Source: a candidate division WWE3 bacterium
Lineage (GTDB): Bacteria; Patescibacteriota; WWE3; UBA101185; UBA10185
Assembly (NCBI GenBank): GCA_014729135.1
Contig: WJKK01000001.1
Span: 260,588-324,587 of the forward strand
Length of the DNA: 64,000 nucleotides
Reading direction: 5' to 3'
The position numbers and the translations under genes are program-made. Positions 39,542 to 48,403 of this stretch are shown here, piece after piece. The notes beneath the pieces are model-generated. The model had not been told where the DNA came from. It saw nothing but the letters and a program-made list of their open reading frames with translations, and ran no database searches. The first letter of the stretch is position 1, and every line of letters begins with the position of its first letter.

Positions 39542-40672
39542 ATGACACCTGCTCAAACAACTCTCATAATCACAATCGTAATACTCTCCGGTTTAGGCCT
39601 TTTGGCCTATGTAGTAACGCAAAAGCTCAACTCCATAAAAAACGACCTTAAAGAGGACCTCAAAAAAGACACCGTTTTAACCCAATGGCTTGCGGAAATG
39701 AAAAAATCCATGGATCGCAACACAGACACCTTGCAAAGTCAGCTAAACGAGCAGCGTAAAACTTTAGATACAGAGCTTAAAAGTCAGCGGGAGGCTATGA
39801 ACAAGCAAACAAAGGTTATGTGGGAGCGCTTGGAAAACGCCTCCAAAGTTATTGGAAACGTCCAAAAGCACCTGGGAGGTCTAACCGAGTTGGGCAAGGA
39901 CATGAAAGACCTAAACAACATCTTAAAATCGCCAAAACTTCGAGGAGGTTTAGGTGAACAATTTTTATACGAAATCCTTGAAACTGCCCTTCCTAACGAC
40001 CTTTTCAAAACGCAATACAAATTTAAAAACGGTGCTACTTGTGATGCAGTTGTCTTCACAGATAAAGGCATAATTCCAATAGACTCCAAATTCCCCATGG
40101 AAAATTTTAAGGCCATGATTACAGCGGAAATAGAAAAAGAGCGTACAAGTTTTAAGCGCAAATTCATTCGCGATGTTAAAAAGCGAATAGATGAGATTTC
40201 CGATAAATACATCTTGCCGGAAGAAGGCACTACAGAGCAGGCAATAATGTACATTCCTTCTGAAAACGTCTTCTATGATTTAATAGTGCATTCCCCTAAA
40301 GTAGAGGAATATGCCCGTAGGAAGAGCGTTTTAATGACCTCGCCTAACACGCTTTCATTTTTTGTAAAAACGGTTTTAGTGGCTTATCAGCAGCATGAAC
40401 TGGCGAAGCACGCGCAACATATCATTAAGGCTTTAGCTGGAATAAAAGTGGAGGCTAGCAAGTTTGGTAGTGATTTAGAGACTTTGGGCAGGCATATAAC
40501 CAACTCCCATAAGAATATGGACAAAATTACGTCATCCTTTAATGAGCTTTTTGGTCGTATTGAAAGGGTTCAAACAGTAGAAGGAGTTGAAAACCTAGAC
40601 ACCCTAAATGAAGCGGAATCCATAGATAAATTGACAACAAAAAATACCTCTGATAAACTTCCCTCTGTTTGA
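39542..40672 (+). CDS. rmuC: DNA recombination protein RmuC
   Basis: RGGLGE, IDSKFP, KYI...T, MYIPSE and SPNT motifs. Confidence 0.93.
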   Translation: MTPAQTTLIITIVILSGLGLLAYVVTQKLNSIKNDLKEDLKKDTVLTQWLAEMKKSMDRNTDTLQSQLNEQRKTLDTELKSQREAMNKQTKVMWERLENASKVIGNVQKHLGGLTELGKDMKDLNNILKSPKLRGGLGEQFLYEILETALPNDLFKTQYKFKNGATCDAVVFTDKGIIPIDSKFPMENFKAMITAEIEKERTSFKRKFIRDVKKRIDEISDKYILPEEGTTEQAIMYIPSENVFYDLIVHSPKVEEYARRKSVLMTSPNTLSFFVKTVLVAYQQHELAKHAQHIIKALAGIKVEASKFGSDLETLGRHITNSHKNMDKITSSFNELFGRIERVQTVEGVENLDTLNEAESIDKLTTKNTSDKLPSV

Positions 40673-40759
40673 GCTTATGAAATGACTATAAAGCTTTTTT
40701 CATCAACGCCCCAATTTTAGAGGCGTTGTTTTTATTTGATTAAAATTTACGGAGGAAAT

Positions 40760-41227
40760 ATGTCCGATACTGTCTACATAACAAAAGAAGGTTTAGAAAA
40801 ATTAAAGAAACAACTTACGGAACTCAAGGAAGAGCGTCGTCCGGCTGTTGCCAAAAGGATTAAAGAGGCAAGAGAGATGGGTGATATTTCCGAGAATGCC
40901 GAGTATGATGCTGCACGTCAGGAGCAGGCCTTTATTGAAGGTAAGATCTCGGAATTAGAGGAAGTTATTAAGGATGCTGAGGTAGTTGAGGAAGGTGCTA
41001 ATGGAGGCGATGGAGTTGTTCGTGTAGGCGCCAAGGTAACGGTGCATATTGAGGGTGAGGAAGAGACGTTTCATTTGGTAGGTGCTCATGAGGCTAATCC
41101 TATGGAGAACAAGATTTCGCATGAGTCTCCTTTGGGTGCTTCTTTGATGGGCAAAAAGGTTGGGGATAGCTTTGAGGTTGAAGCTCCTATTGGGAAGTTG
41201 ATTTATAAGATTAAGGCTGTTGAGTAG
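40760..41227 (+). CDS. greA: Transcription elongation factor GreA
   Basis: GDISENAEYDAA and ISHESPLG motifs; GGAGG SD before ATG 40760. Confidence 0.97.
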   Translation: MSDTVYITKEGLEKLKKQLTELKEERRPAVAKRIKEAREMGDISENAEYDAARQEQAFIEGKISELEEVIKDAEVVEEGANGGDGVVRVGAKVTVHIEGEEETFHLVGAHEANPMENKISHESPLGASLMGKKVGDSFEVEAPIGKLIYKIKAVE

Positions 41228-41267
41228 GTTTTGTCTTAAGGGATTTTGTTGATTCCCTAAGTGTGTG

Positions 41268-41909
41268 TTAGATACTCTTCTGAAGCTGATTTAATCCCAG
41301 TTGCAAATCCTTTTTATCAATAATAAACGTCAACTCTGTTGCAGTGGAAACAACCTCAATAAGATTGATATTTTTAAGAGCCATTCTACGCATTAATCCG
41401 TACATAACATTGGGAATTTTTAAACAGCTTAGATCAAATTTTACTGTAATTCCCACCAAATCCTCCTTGTAATAGATAGTTTTTTTGTCCTTCAGAGCCT
41501 CTTTAAACTCAGCTAGCACCGAACTTTCAGCAACTATAGTAATCTCATTGATTCCCTGAGTGACCGTGACATAGGTTTTATTGTCCACATTTGTTTCTTT
41601 GTATATGTCTCGGATTCTCCTTGAAGTCTCCTCCGTCCTCTCATAGCTTATCCCTTCTAGATTGGAATGCACCGCAAGACTTTGAATTATGTTTTCTGTG
41701 GGAACCTTGTACGGAGGTATAGTGTCAATATACCTATTTACGGCTACAACTATGGATCCTACTTTAACCTCTTTCATTAAGGTTTCCTCTATTTCCGGCC
41801 TTATCTCACGAGCATAAGCTGAAGCATTTAGAAGTCCTCTAGAGGCCAGTGCTATAACTAAATCATCCCTTTTTATTATTTCTTCCACTATTTCTGAGAT
41901 TTTTATCAT
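41268..41909 (-). CDS. ACT-domain protein (aspartokinase regulatory-like) with a helical N-terminal domain
   Basis: GLLN.SA.AR N-terminus; TQG.NEIT and INLIEVVST.TELTFII ACT-like motifs; no kinase domain. Confidence 0.75.
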   Translation of the reverse strand: MIKISEIVEEIIKRDDLVIALASRGLLNASAYAREIRPEIEETLMKEVKVGSIVVAVNRYIDTIPPYKVPTENIIQSLAVHSNLEGISYERTEETSRRIRDIYKETNVDNKTYVTVTQGINEITIVAESSVLAEFKEALKDKKTIYYKEDLVGITVKFDLSCLKIPNVMYGLMRRMALKNINLIEVVSTATELTFIIDKKDLQLGLNQLQKSI

Positions 41910-41928
41910 GTTTGTATTATAGCAAAAC

Positions 41929-41963
41929 TGTATAAAATTATACAAACGTATAATTAATGTACA
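41929..41963. promoter_or_regulatory. Candidate tandem operator palindromes between the divergent ACT gene and lysO genes
   Basis: TGTATA-AAAT-TATACA followed by CGTATA-ATTAA-TGTACA. Confidence 0.45.
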
Positions 41964-42012
41964 TTAAGATTAAAAATTTTACATGATCTCTTTATTATCC
42001 TAAAATCCTGCC

Positions 42013-42285
42013 ATGCTATTTATCTCGTTATCATTAATAATTGGTTTTACGTTGGGGCTTGTGTTTAGGGGAAGATTCAGTAACCTTGAATTTTTGGAAA
42101 AGGTCATGGACCTATTGGTCCTACTACTTATTTTCTCTATAGGCATGAATTTAGGTTCCAACACCGTTTTGTTGGAGAATTTCTCCACACTTGGATTTCA
42201 GAGTATCCTTTTGGCTCTCTTCTGCTCCGCAGGAAGTGTCCTCTTAGTATTTCTTTTTACACTTAGGAGAAATAAGAATGTTTAA
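42013..42285 (+). CDS. LysO/DUF340 family transporter, small subunit
   Basis: Three TM helices; LLIF.IG..LG motif. Confidence 0.75.
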   Translation: MLFISLSLIIGFTLGLVFRGRFSNLEFLEKVMDLLVLLLIFSIGMNLGSNTVLLENFSTLGFQSILLALFCSAGSVLLVFLFTLRRNKNV

Positions 42286-42871
42286 AACAGGTACTGCTTT
42301 CTTATTGGGGACATTTGGAGGTTATTTGCTGTTGCGCAATTTTTCCCTTGATATAAGTTCCGCCATTTCTTACCTAGTTGCTCTTTTGCTGTTTTTTGTT
42401 GGTTTTTTGGTTGGAAATGATAGTAGGATTCTCGGAGATTCTTCCTGGAGAGTTCGTGATTATTTGGTGCCTTTGTTTTCCTTGATGGGTTCTGTCCTTG
42501 GGGGTTTATTAGTTGCTGCCCTTATTGGATCATTGCCTTTTTCGGATGCACTTCTCGCCTCTTTGGGAATGGGTTATTACAGTGTTCCTAGCATAATAGT
42601 TACCGCTCGTTTAAGTACCTCTATTGGTTCTTTAGTTCTGCTTACAAACATTTTACGTGAGGTGCTGGTTTTACTCTTTACTCCTCTTTTGGTTAAGAAA
42701 TTAAATAGGTTAGCACCCATTGCTCTTGGAGGTACTACAACAATGGATGTTTCGCTGCCCATAATTACAGAGTATTCGGGAAAGGACTATGTGGTGCCTG
42801 CTTTTATAAATGGAGTTGTTTTAACGGTAATAGTTCCATTGTTAGTAAGTTTAACCGTTTCTTTAATTTAA
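42278..42871 (+). CDS. LysO/DUF340 lysine-exporter family, large subunit
   Basis: GMGYYS, N..RE and GG.TTMD.SLP motifs. Confidence 0.85.
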   Translation: MFKTGTAFLLGTFGGYLLLRNFSLDISSAISYLVALLLFFVGFLVGNDSRILGDSSWRVRDYLVPLFSLMGSVLGGLLVAALIGSLPFSDALLASLGMGYYSVPSIIVTARLSTSIGSLVLLTNILREVLVLLFTPLLVKKLNRLAPIALGGTTTMDVSLPIITEYSGKDYVVPAFINGVVLTVIVPLLVSLTVSLI

Positions 42872-42880
42872 GGAGTTTTT

Positions 42881-43306
42881 ATGAAACAGGATTTTAGTAA
42901 AAAGATTAGTATAGTTATTAGCAATGAAATTCCCGACTGGAAGGCTATGAATGCTGTAGGCCATATAGCCGCTTATTTCGGTAATAAAATGGATGCAGTA
43001 TTTGATACGGGGGAGTCTTTTGTTGCACAGGATGGTGTGGCAATACCCCGTAACTCTCAATATGGCATTGTCGTTCTACAGGCGGATCAGGAGGGCTTGA
43101 ACGAATGGGCTTTAGAAATGCGTTCTGTCACCGATGTCCAGACAATGTTTTTTGTTAAAGAGATGATTGATACGGGGGATGATATTGAGTTGCAGCAAAT
43201 GTTGGATGTTCAAGACTTCAAGGATATTATCTTTTATGGAGTGGGTCTTTTTGGAGGGAATGAGATTTTAAGGGGTTATACAAATGCTTTCAAACTCTGG
43301 AGTTAG
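42881..43306 (+). CDS. DUF2000 family protein (PTH2-like fold)
   Basis: K..IV.....W..MN...H, IVVL.A and YGVGLFG........F.L motifs. Confidence 0.75.
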   Translation: MKQDFSKKISIVISNEIPDWKAMNAVGHIAAYFGNKMDAVFDTGESFVAQDGVAIPRNSQYGIVVLQADQEGLNEWALEMRSVTDVQTMFFVKEMIDTGDDIELQQMLDVQDFKDIIFYGVGLFGGNEILRGYTNAFKLWS

Positions 43307-43330
43307 GATTTGCCTGAGTAAGTGAATAAG

Positions 43331-43359
43331 TTGTCTCCTCTGCTTTTTCATGCTAGAAT
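43331..43359 (+). promoter_or_regulatory. Sigma70 promoter of the Lys T-box leader
   Basis: TTGTCT-N17-TAGAAT with extended TG. Confidence 0.7.
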
Positions 43360-43382
43360 CCTGTCATTGAAAAATAAATACT

Positions 43383-43672
43383 AAAAGCTATGATGAAGAG
43401 AGTACCAATAGGAAACGGTTTTACAGAGAGCGGTGCAAAGGTGAGAGTGCCGCATTTACGCCCTTTTGGGAACAAAGCTTCGGAGCTGCTGGAAGAAATT
43501 GCGTTTCGCGCAAGAGTAGAACCGTGCCGGGAGAGCCCGTTATAGCCGAAAACCTTGCTAGAGGTTGTAAGGCCTGTCTGGAAACGGATAGGTAAAAAGA
43601 GGTGGTACCGCGACAATAATCGCCCTCATTTGGATCTAAGTATATGCTTGGGTTTAGGTGAGGGCGTTTTTT
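43383..43672 (+). ncRNA. T-box riboswitch, lysine specifier
   Basis: AGTA, AGAGAG and GGTGAGA motifs; GAA-C-AAA specifier (43474-43476); CCGTTAT; AGGTGGTACCGCG (43600-43612); terminator CGCCCTCA...TGAGGGCG-T6. Confidence 0.93.
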
Positions 43673-43720
43673 GTTGCCCTAATAAATAACGGGTTACATT
43701 TATAAGCAAGGAGGTTCGAG

Positions 43721-44908
43721 ATGGGGAAGCAAGTTTTGGTGATGGGGGTTAGGCGGCAATATCAGTTCGACGGAGATTGGGGAGACTGGCTTCGGCTCGG
43801 TGTTCGGCGTCTTCTGACTTTACAGTCAGGAGATGTTGCAGTCCTGCCGGAGATTTGGGGCATTCCCGAGTATGTGGAGCACTTGCAGGAGGTTTGGGGT
43901 ATCAATTTGGAGGTCCTGTGGGTGAGCGGTAGGTTTTACCTCCTGGATAGCGCTATTCTGGAGACCCCGAGGGTTCTCGGGCGTCTTCAGGAACTGGGAG
44001 GACAAGGTGCAGTTTTTGTGCTGTACGATAGTTCGACGTCACACTTCCAGTCTTGGTGGCGATTGATGCCGCAGGAAGCTCGTTTGTGTGGAGAGACTTT
44101 GGAGTGGGGTAGTCGATGGAACACCAAGAAGTGGTTGTACCGAGACGCTAGGAATCCAGAGCAACCTTCGATTGCCGAACGGTTGGATATTCCGGTACTC
44201 TCAGGCTACAATGCAGGATCCGTCGCGGAGCTGTTGAAGGCTTGGGACCTAATAGGATGTGGCTCGGTTATCATCAAGCCGTTGACAGCGGCGTTTGGTG
44301 ACGGTTTGGTGGTTGCGCATGAACGGAGTGATTTGGAGTCCTATACTTTCCCACTCGGTTCGGTGGGTGTGGAGGAGTATGTGGAAGGTTATCCCCAGCC
44401 TTGGTCCACCCACTGGGTAGGGGAGGAGCTGCTTGGACCTCCGACTTCCCAGCTTCTTCACGGGAGCACTGCCGTGGGAAACGTCACTCCAGGGGATTTT
44501 GACGCGGCGATGCAGGGGCAGCTTCTGGCGTTGACCCGTGAGTTTGTTCGGGCAGCCCAGCCCCGCGGCTATGGGGGCCTCAACGGGTTGATCGACGCCG
44601 AAGGGGTACCCCGCGTGACGGATGCCAATTGTAGGGAGACGGGTGTTTGCTCGACGCTCGTTTTCCGTGACCGTTATTGTCCCGGGGCGGTGACGGTAAA
44701 CAAGAAGTTGGGGAGACCTAACATGTCCGTTGGAGATGCTTGGCAGTGTCTTCAAGCGGCAGGCTTAGCATTCGACATCTCGGCGCGACGAGGAATAGCC
44801 CTCCAGGGGTGGTTACCCTCGATGTGGAGTCGCATGACCTGCGCCGCAGACACGAGGCAAGAGGCCTTAGAGCTGCTCAATGCAGCAAAGGAGGCTTTAG
44901 GTATGTAA
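43721..44908 (+). CDS. ATP-grasp ligase with a pre-ATP-grasp domain
   Basis: NTKKW, IIKP....G.G, VEEYV, GN, G.GGLN and D.N.R.TG motifs; AGGAGG SD; GC-richer than flanks. Confidence 0.75.
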   Translation: MGKQVLVMGVRRQYQFDGDWGDWLRLGVRRLLTLQSGDVAVLPEIWGIPEYVEHLQEVWGINLEVLWVSGRFYLLDSAILETPRVLGRLQELGGQGAVFVLYDSSTSHFQSWWRLMPQEARLCGETLEWGSRWNTKKWLYRDARNPEQPSIAERLDIPVLSGYNAGSVAELLKAWDLIGCGSVIIKPLTAAFGDGLVVAHERSDLESYTFPLGSVGVEEYVEGYPQPWSTHWVGEELLGPPTSQLLHGSTAVGNVTPGDFDAAMQGQLLALTREFVRAAQPRGYGGLNGLIDAEGVPRVTDANCRETGVCSTLVFRDRYCPGAVTVNKKLGRPNMSVGDAWQCLQAAGLAFDISARRGIALQGWLPSMWSRMTCAADTRQEALELLNAAKEALGM

Positions 44909-44996
44909 TGTAAAAAGTTGTGTTGACGCGATGGGAGGGTATGGGCCGGTTGGATATCGTCCAACCCTCCTATCGCGCATCAATTGTAAGGTAAAA

Positions 44997-46091
44997 ATGA
45001 TAAACAGACAAAGATTAATAAATACATTTTTAGAAATAGTTCAGATTGATAGCCCTTCGGGTGCGGAAGGAGCTATGGTGGAATACGTAACTTCTTTTCT
45101 ACACGCGTTAGGAGTGCGCCATGTAGTGGATTCTTTTGGCAACGTTATTGCTTATACTGAAGGTTCCGGAGGGCCTCTCTTGTTAAGTGCGCACTTAGAT
45201 ACAGTTGAGCCCGGAAGAGCTATTGCTCCTGTCATTGAAGACGGCTTTATCAGAAGTTCCGGCGACACCATTTTAGGCGCTGATAACAAGGTTGCAGTAG
45301 CCTCTCTGTTGGAGTTGATACGTACACTGACGGAAGCATCTGTAACCGATATTCCTTCTTTAGAGGTTATTTTTACGCTTTCAGAGGAAGTTGCGAATTT
45401 GGGAGCTGTAAATCTTGATTATTCTCTTCTGAGTGCGCGAGAAGGTTTTACTTTTGATAGTGGAAGTTCTTTGGGTACAGTTATTACCGACTCTCCTTTC
45501 TATAATCGGTTTGATATAGTTGTTAATGGTGTTGCCTGCCATGCAGGACATCCGGAAAGAGGCCTAAATGCTTTAAGTTTGGTGGTTAATGCGCTATCTC
45601 AAATTACTCTGGGTCAGACCGGTCTTGAAACCACTTGCAACATAGGTTTGATTGAGGGGGGAGTTGCACGCAATATTGTCCCCGGGCAAATTACTCTCCG
45701 AGGAGAAGTACGCAGTTTTGTAGAGAGTGTCCTAGAGGAAATGTGCACGGATATTAGTAGCGTTTTTCAGAAAGTAGTTGCAGAAAATGAGGGCTCCGTG
45801 GAAATAGAGATTGTTCGCGAAAATAGTGGCTTCAGTTTTTCTGCTGATGACCCTCTGTTGAGATACACTATGCGAATTCTAGAAGATTTAGAGCTTTCCC
45901 CAACCCCGCGTGTTTCTACGGGTTGTTATGATGCTAACATATTTCAGGAGCATGGGATTTGTGTTCTAAACTTGGGTAATGGTTCCGTGGATAATCACAC
46001 AATTAGGGAAAAGATTTCTGTGGTAGACTTAGAAATGCTGGCAAACCTTGTATATAGTTTAGTGATGGGTTTTAATAGGTACAGGAATTAA
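44997..46091 (+). CDS. M20 peptidase (PepT-like tripeptidase)
   Basis: SAHLDTVEPG, GADNK, SEE, HAG.HPERG, RNIVP and HT..EKI motifs. Confidence 0.92.
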   Translation: MINRQRLINTFLEIVQIDSPSGAEGAMVEYVTSFLHALGVRHVVDSFGNVIAYTEGSGGPLLLSAHLDTVEPGRAIAPVIEDGFIRSSGDTILGADNKVAVASLLELIRTLTEASVTDIPSLEVIFTLSEEVANLGAVNLDYSLLSAREGFTFDSGSSLGTVITDSPFYNRFDIVVNGVACHAGHPERGLNALSLVVNALSQITLGQTGLETTCNIGLIEGGVARNIVPGQITLRGEVRSFVESVLEEMCTDISSVFQKVVAENEGSVEIEIVRENSGFSFSADDPLLRYTMRILEDLELSPTPRVSTGCYDANIFQEHGICVLNLGNGSVDNHTIREKISVVDLEMLANLVYSLVMGFNRYRN

Positions 46092-46105
46092 AAGGAGTTT
46101 ATAAA

Positions 46106-47581
46106 ATGTCGACAATAGCAGATCTTCGTAAGGTAAGGCTTGAACAACTGGAGAAAATAAAAAAGCTTGGTTTAAATCCCTATCCTGCTGAATCCAAAAA
46201 AGACTATCCAAATAAAGAAATTCTAGATAATTTTGAGGATCTTGAAGGCAAGAGCGCAAATATTACAGGGCGCATAACTTCAATACGTGAACATGGAGCT
46301 TTAGTTTTCATAGATTTAGCCGATGAGTCCGGTGTAATTCAACTTTATATTAGAGAGGACACACTAAAAGCAACAGATCTCCAAGATCAGATTTTAGGTT
46401 TTGACCATATAAGCCTTTTAGGTACAGGTGATTTTATTCAAGCTTTTGGAGAAGTTACAAAAACAAAGTCGGGTCAAATTTCCCTAAAAGTAGAATCACT
46501 AAAACTTCTCTCAAAGTCCTTGCGACCAATCCCGGAAGAACTAAAAGATATTGAAGAGCGTTACCGCAAACGTTACCTGGATTTTCTACTAAATCCCCGT
46601 TCAAAGGAAATCTTGGATACGCGTTGGAAAATAGAGGAAGAAACACGTAAATTCCTTTGGAATCAAGGATTTAAAGAGGTGGAAACTCCCATTTTGCAGA
46701 CGCTTTATGGAGGTACTAATGCCGAACCTTTTACAACACATTTTAATGCTTTAAATACCGATTTTTATCTTCGTATAGCCCCAGAACTTTATTTAAAGCG
46801 TTTAATAGTGGGAGGTTACGAAAAAGTTTTTGAAATAGCCCGCAACTTTAGAAACGAGGGCATAGATCAAACGCACTTTCCTGAATTTACAATGCTTGAA
46901 TGGTATGAGGCTTATGCTGATTACCATCGGGTTATGGATTTAGCGGAGGCTTTGACAAAGCATCTGGTCTTGAAATTAACAGGCGGAACAACAATAAAAG
47001 TTAATGATCAAGAAATAGATATTAGCGGTACTTGGCCACGTATTCCTGTAGAGGATTTGGCGAAGGAACACCTGGGCATTGAGTGGGATTCCATAGCGGA
47101 TGATGAAATTAAGGATCTGTTGAATAAGCACAAAATTCAAGTTGCAGGTGTTTGGGATCGGGAAAAAGCTTTGTTTACTTTGTATGATCATCTGGTTACG
47201 CCTAAATTAATAGAGCCTGTTTGGGCAATAGATTATCCGCAGTCTGTAAGTCCTTTATCTAAGGCGCATAGAACCAAGGAAAAGCGTGCAGAAAGATTTG
47301 AAGGTTACATTGGAGGTGTGGAGATTTTTGACGGATGGAGTGAGATTGTTTCAGGTCTTGAACAACGTCGTCGTTTTGAGGTGGAGCAGCGAAACATGAA
47401 AGAGGGCGATAAGGAAGCCATGCCTTTAGATGAGGAGTTTATTGAAGCCTTAGAGTACGGTTGCCCTCCTTTGGGTGGAATTGGTTTTGGGATTGACCGC
47501 TTGGTTATGTTTTTAACGGATACTTGGGGTATAAAAGATGTTGTAGCCTTCCCGATTTTAAAGCCTCGCTCCGATAGTTAA
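46106..47581 (+). CDS. lysS: Lysine--tRNA ligase, class II
   Basis: YRKRYLD, LRIAPELYLKRL, FRNEG, PEFTMLE and GIGIDR-type motif 3. Confidence 0.98.
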   Translation: MSTIADLRKVRLEQLEKIKKLGLNPYPAESKKDYPNKEILDNFEDLEGKSANITGRITSIREHGALVFIDLADESGVIQLYIREDTLKATDLQDQILGFDHISLLGTGDFIQAFGEVTKTKSGQISLKVESLKLLSKSLRPIPEELKDIEERYRKRYLDFLLNPRSKEILDTRWKIEEETRKFLWNQGFKEVETPILQTLYGGTNAEPFTTHFNALNTDFYLRIAPELYLKRLIVGGYEKVFEIARNFRNEGIDQTHFPEFTMLEWYEAYADYHRVMDLAEALTKHLVLKLTGGTTIKVNDQEIDISGTWPRIPVEDLAKEHLGIEWDSIADDEIKDLLNKHKIQVAGVWDREKALFTLYDHLVTPKLIEPVWAIDYPQSVSPLSKAHRTKEKRAERFEGYIGGVEIFDGWSEIVSGLEQRRRFEVEQRNMKEGDKEAMPLDEEFIEALEYGCPPLGGIGFGIDRLVMFLTDTWGIKDVVAFPILKPRSDS

Positions 47582-47637
47582 CCCCCTCTCTAAAAAACTG
47601 GCCAAAAACATATATAATTACAACGAAAGGAAAAAAG

Positions 47638-47859
47638 ATGTCAAAAAAACTAGACCCAAAAGACAAAAATTACGTCGACAAACTAGCTGACAACCTTGAA
47701 GGTGTAGGATTTTCCGGCTCCGAAGAATTAGGCGCTGCCGTAAAAGAAGTAGCAGAAGCCAACGGATATTCCTCCAAAAAAGGACGCGGAAAATTTTTCA
47801 CCACAATAAAAAGACTTTTAGGATTACCTGTAAAATCAAAGGACGAAGCTAATGATTAA
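47638..47859 (+). CDS. Small helical protein resembling a class I LysRS/GluRS anticodon-binding domain
   Basis: EEL...V.EVA..NG.....FF..I..LLG pattern; AAGGA SD. Confidence 0.5.
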   Translation: MSKKLDPKDKNYVDKLADNLEGVGFSGSEELGAAVKEVAEANGYSSKKGRGKFFTTIKRLLGLPVKSKDEAND

Positions 47860-48397
47860 TCGTGAGGAAGCTCAAGCACTTTTGGAAGAGCATGTAACGG
47901 ACGAATATCAGCTGCTGCACGCTTTTATGGTGGCCTCTGCAATGGAAGCTTACGCTGAAGAGTTGGGTGAAGATGCTGACGTTTGGTTTCTGACGGGACT
48001 TTTGCATGACCTGGATTACGAGGAATTCCCTGAAGAGCACCCTATGCGGTCGATTCACTGGTTATCCGATGAGGACGTTCCGGAAGAGCTTTTGCATGCA
48101 ATTGAAGCGCACGCCTATTTAAGAACCGGTGTTGAACCTGAAACTAATCTGGCAGCAGCGCTAATTGCGGTGGATGAGCTTTCCGGCTTTATGTACGCTT
48201 ATTCGCTAATGAGACCTTCCGGTTTTGAAGGCATGAAAGCATCCAAAGTGGTTAAAAAGCTGAAAGATAAAGCCTTTGCAGCAAAGATCTCTCGTGAGGA
48301 TATTTATTATGGCGTTGAAAAATTTGAGGTTGATATGAAGGAGCATATTAACTTTTTGCTGGGGGTTTTTAACGATTTACCGGAGTTGGAAAAATAA
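47852..48397 (+). CDS. HD-domain hydrolase
   Basis: H, GLLHDLDYE, H, DELSG and KDKAFAA motifs. Confidence 0.9.
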   Translation: MINREEAQALLEEHVTDEYQLLHAFMVASAMEAYAEELGEDADVWFLTGLLHDLDYEEFPEEHPMRSIHWLSDEDVPEELLHAIEAHAYLRTGVEPETNLAAALIAVDELSGFMYAYSLMRPSGFEGMKASKVVKKLKDKAFAAKISREDIYYGVEKFEVDMKEHINFLLGVFNDLPELEK

Positions 48398-48403
48398 ACT
48401 TTC

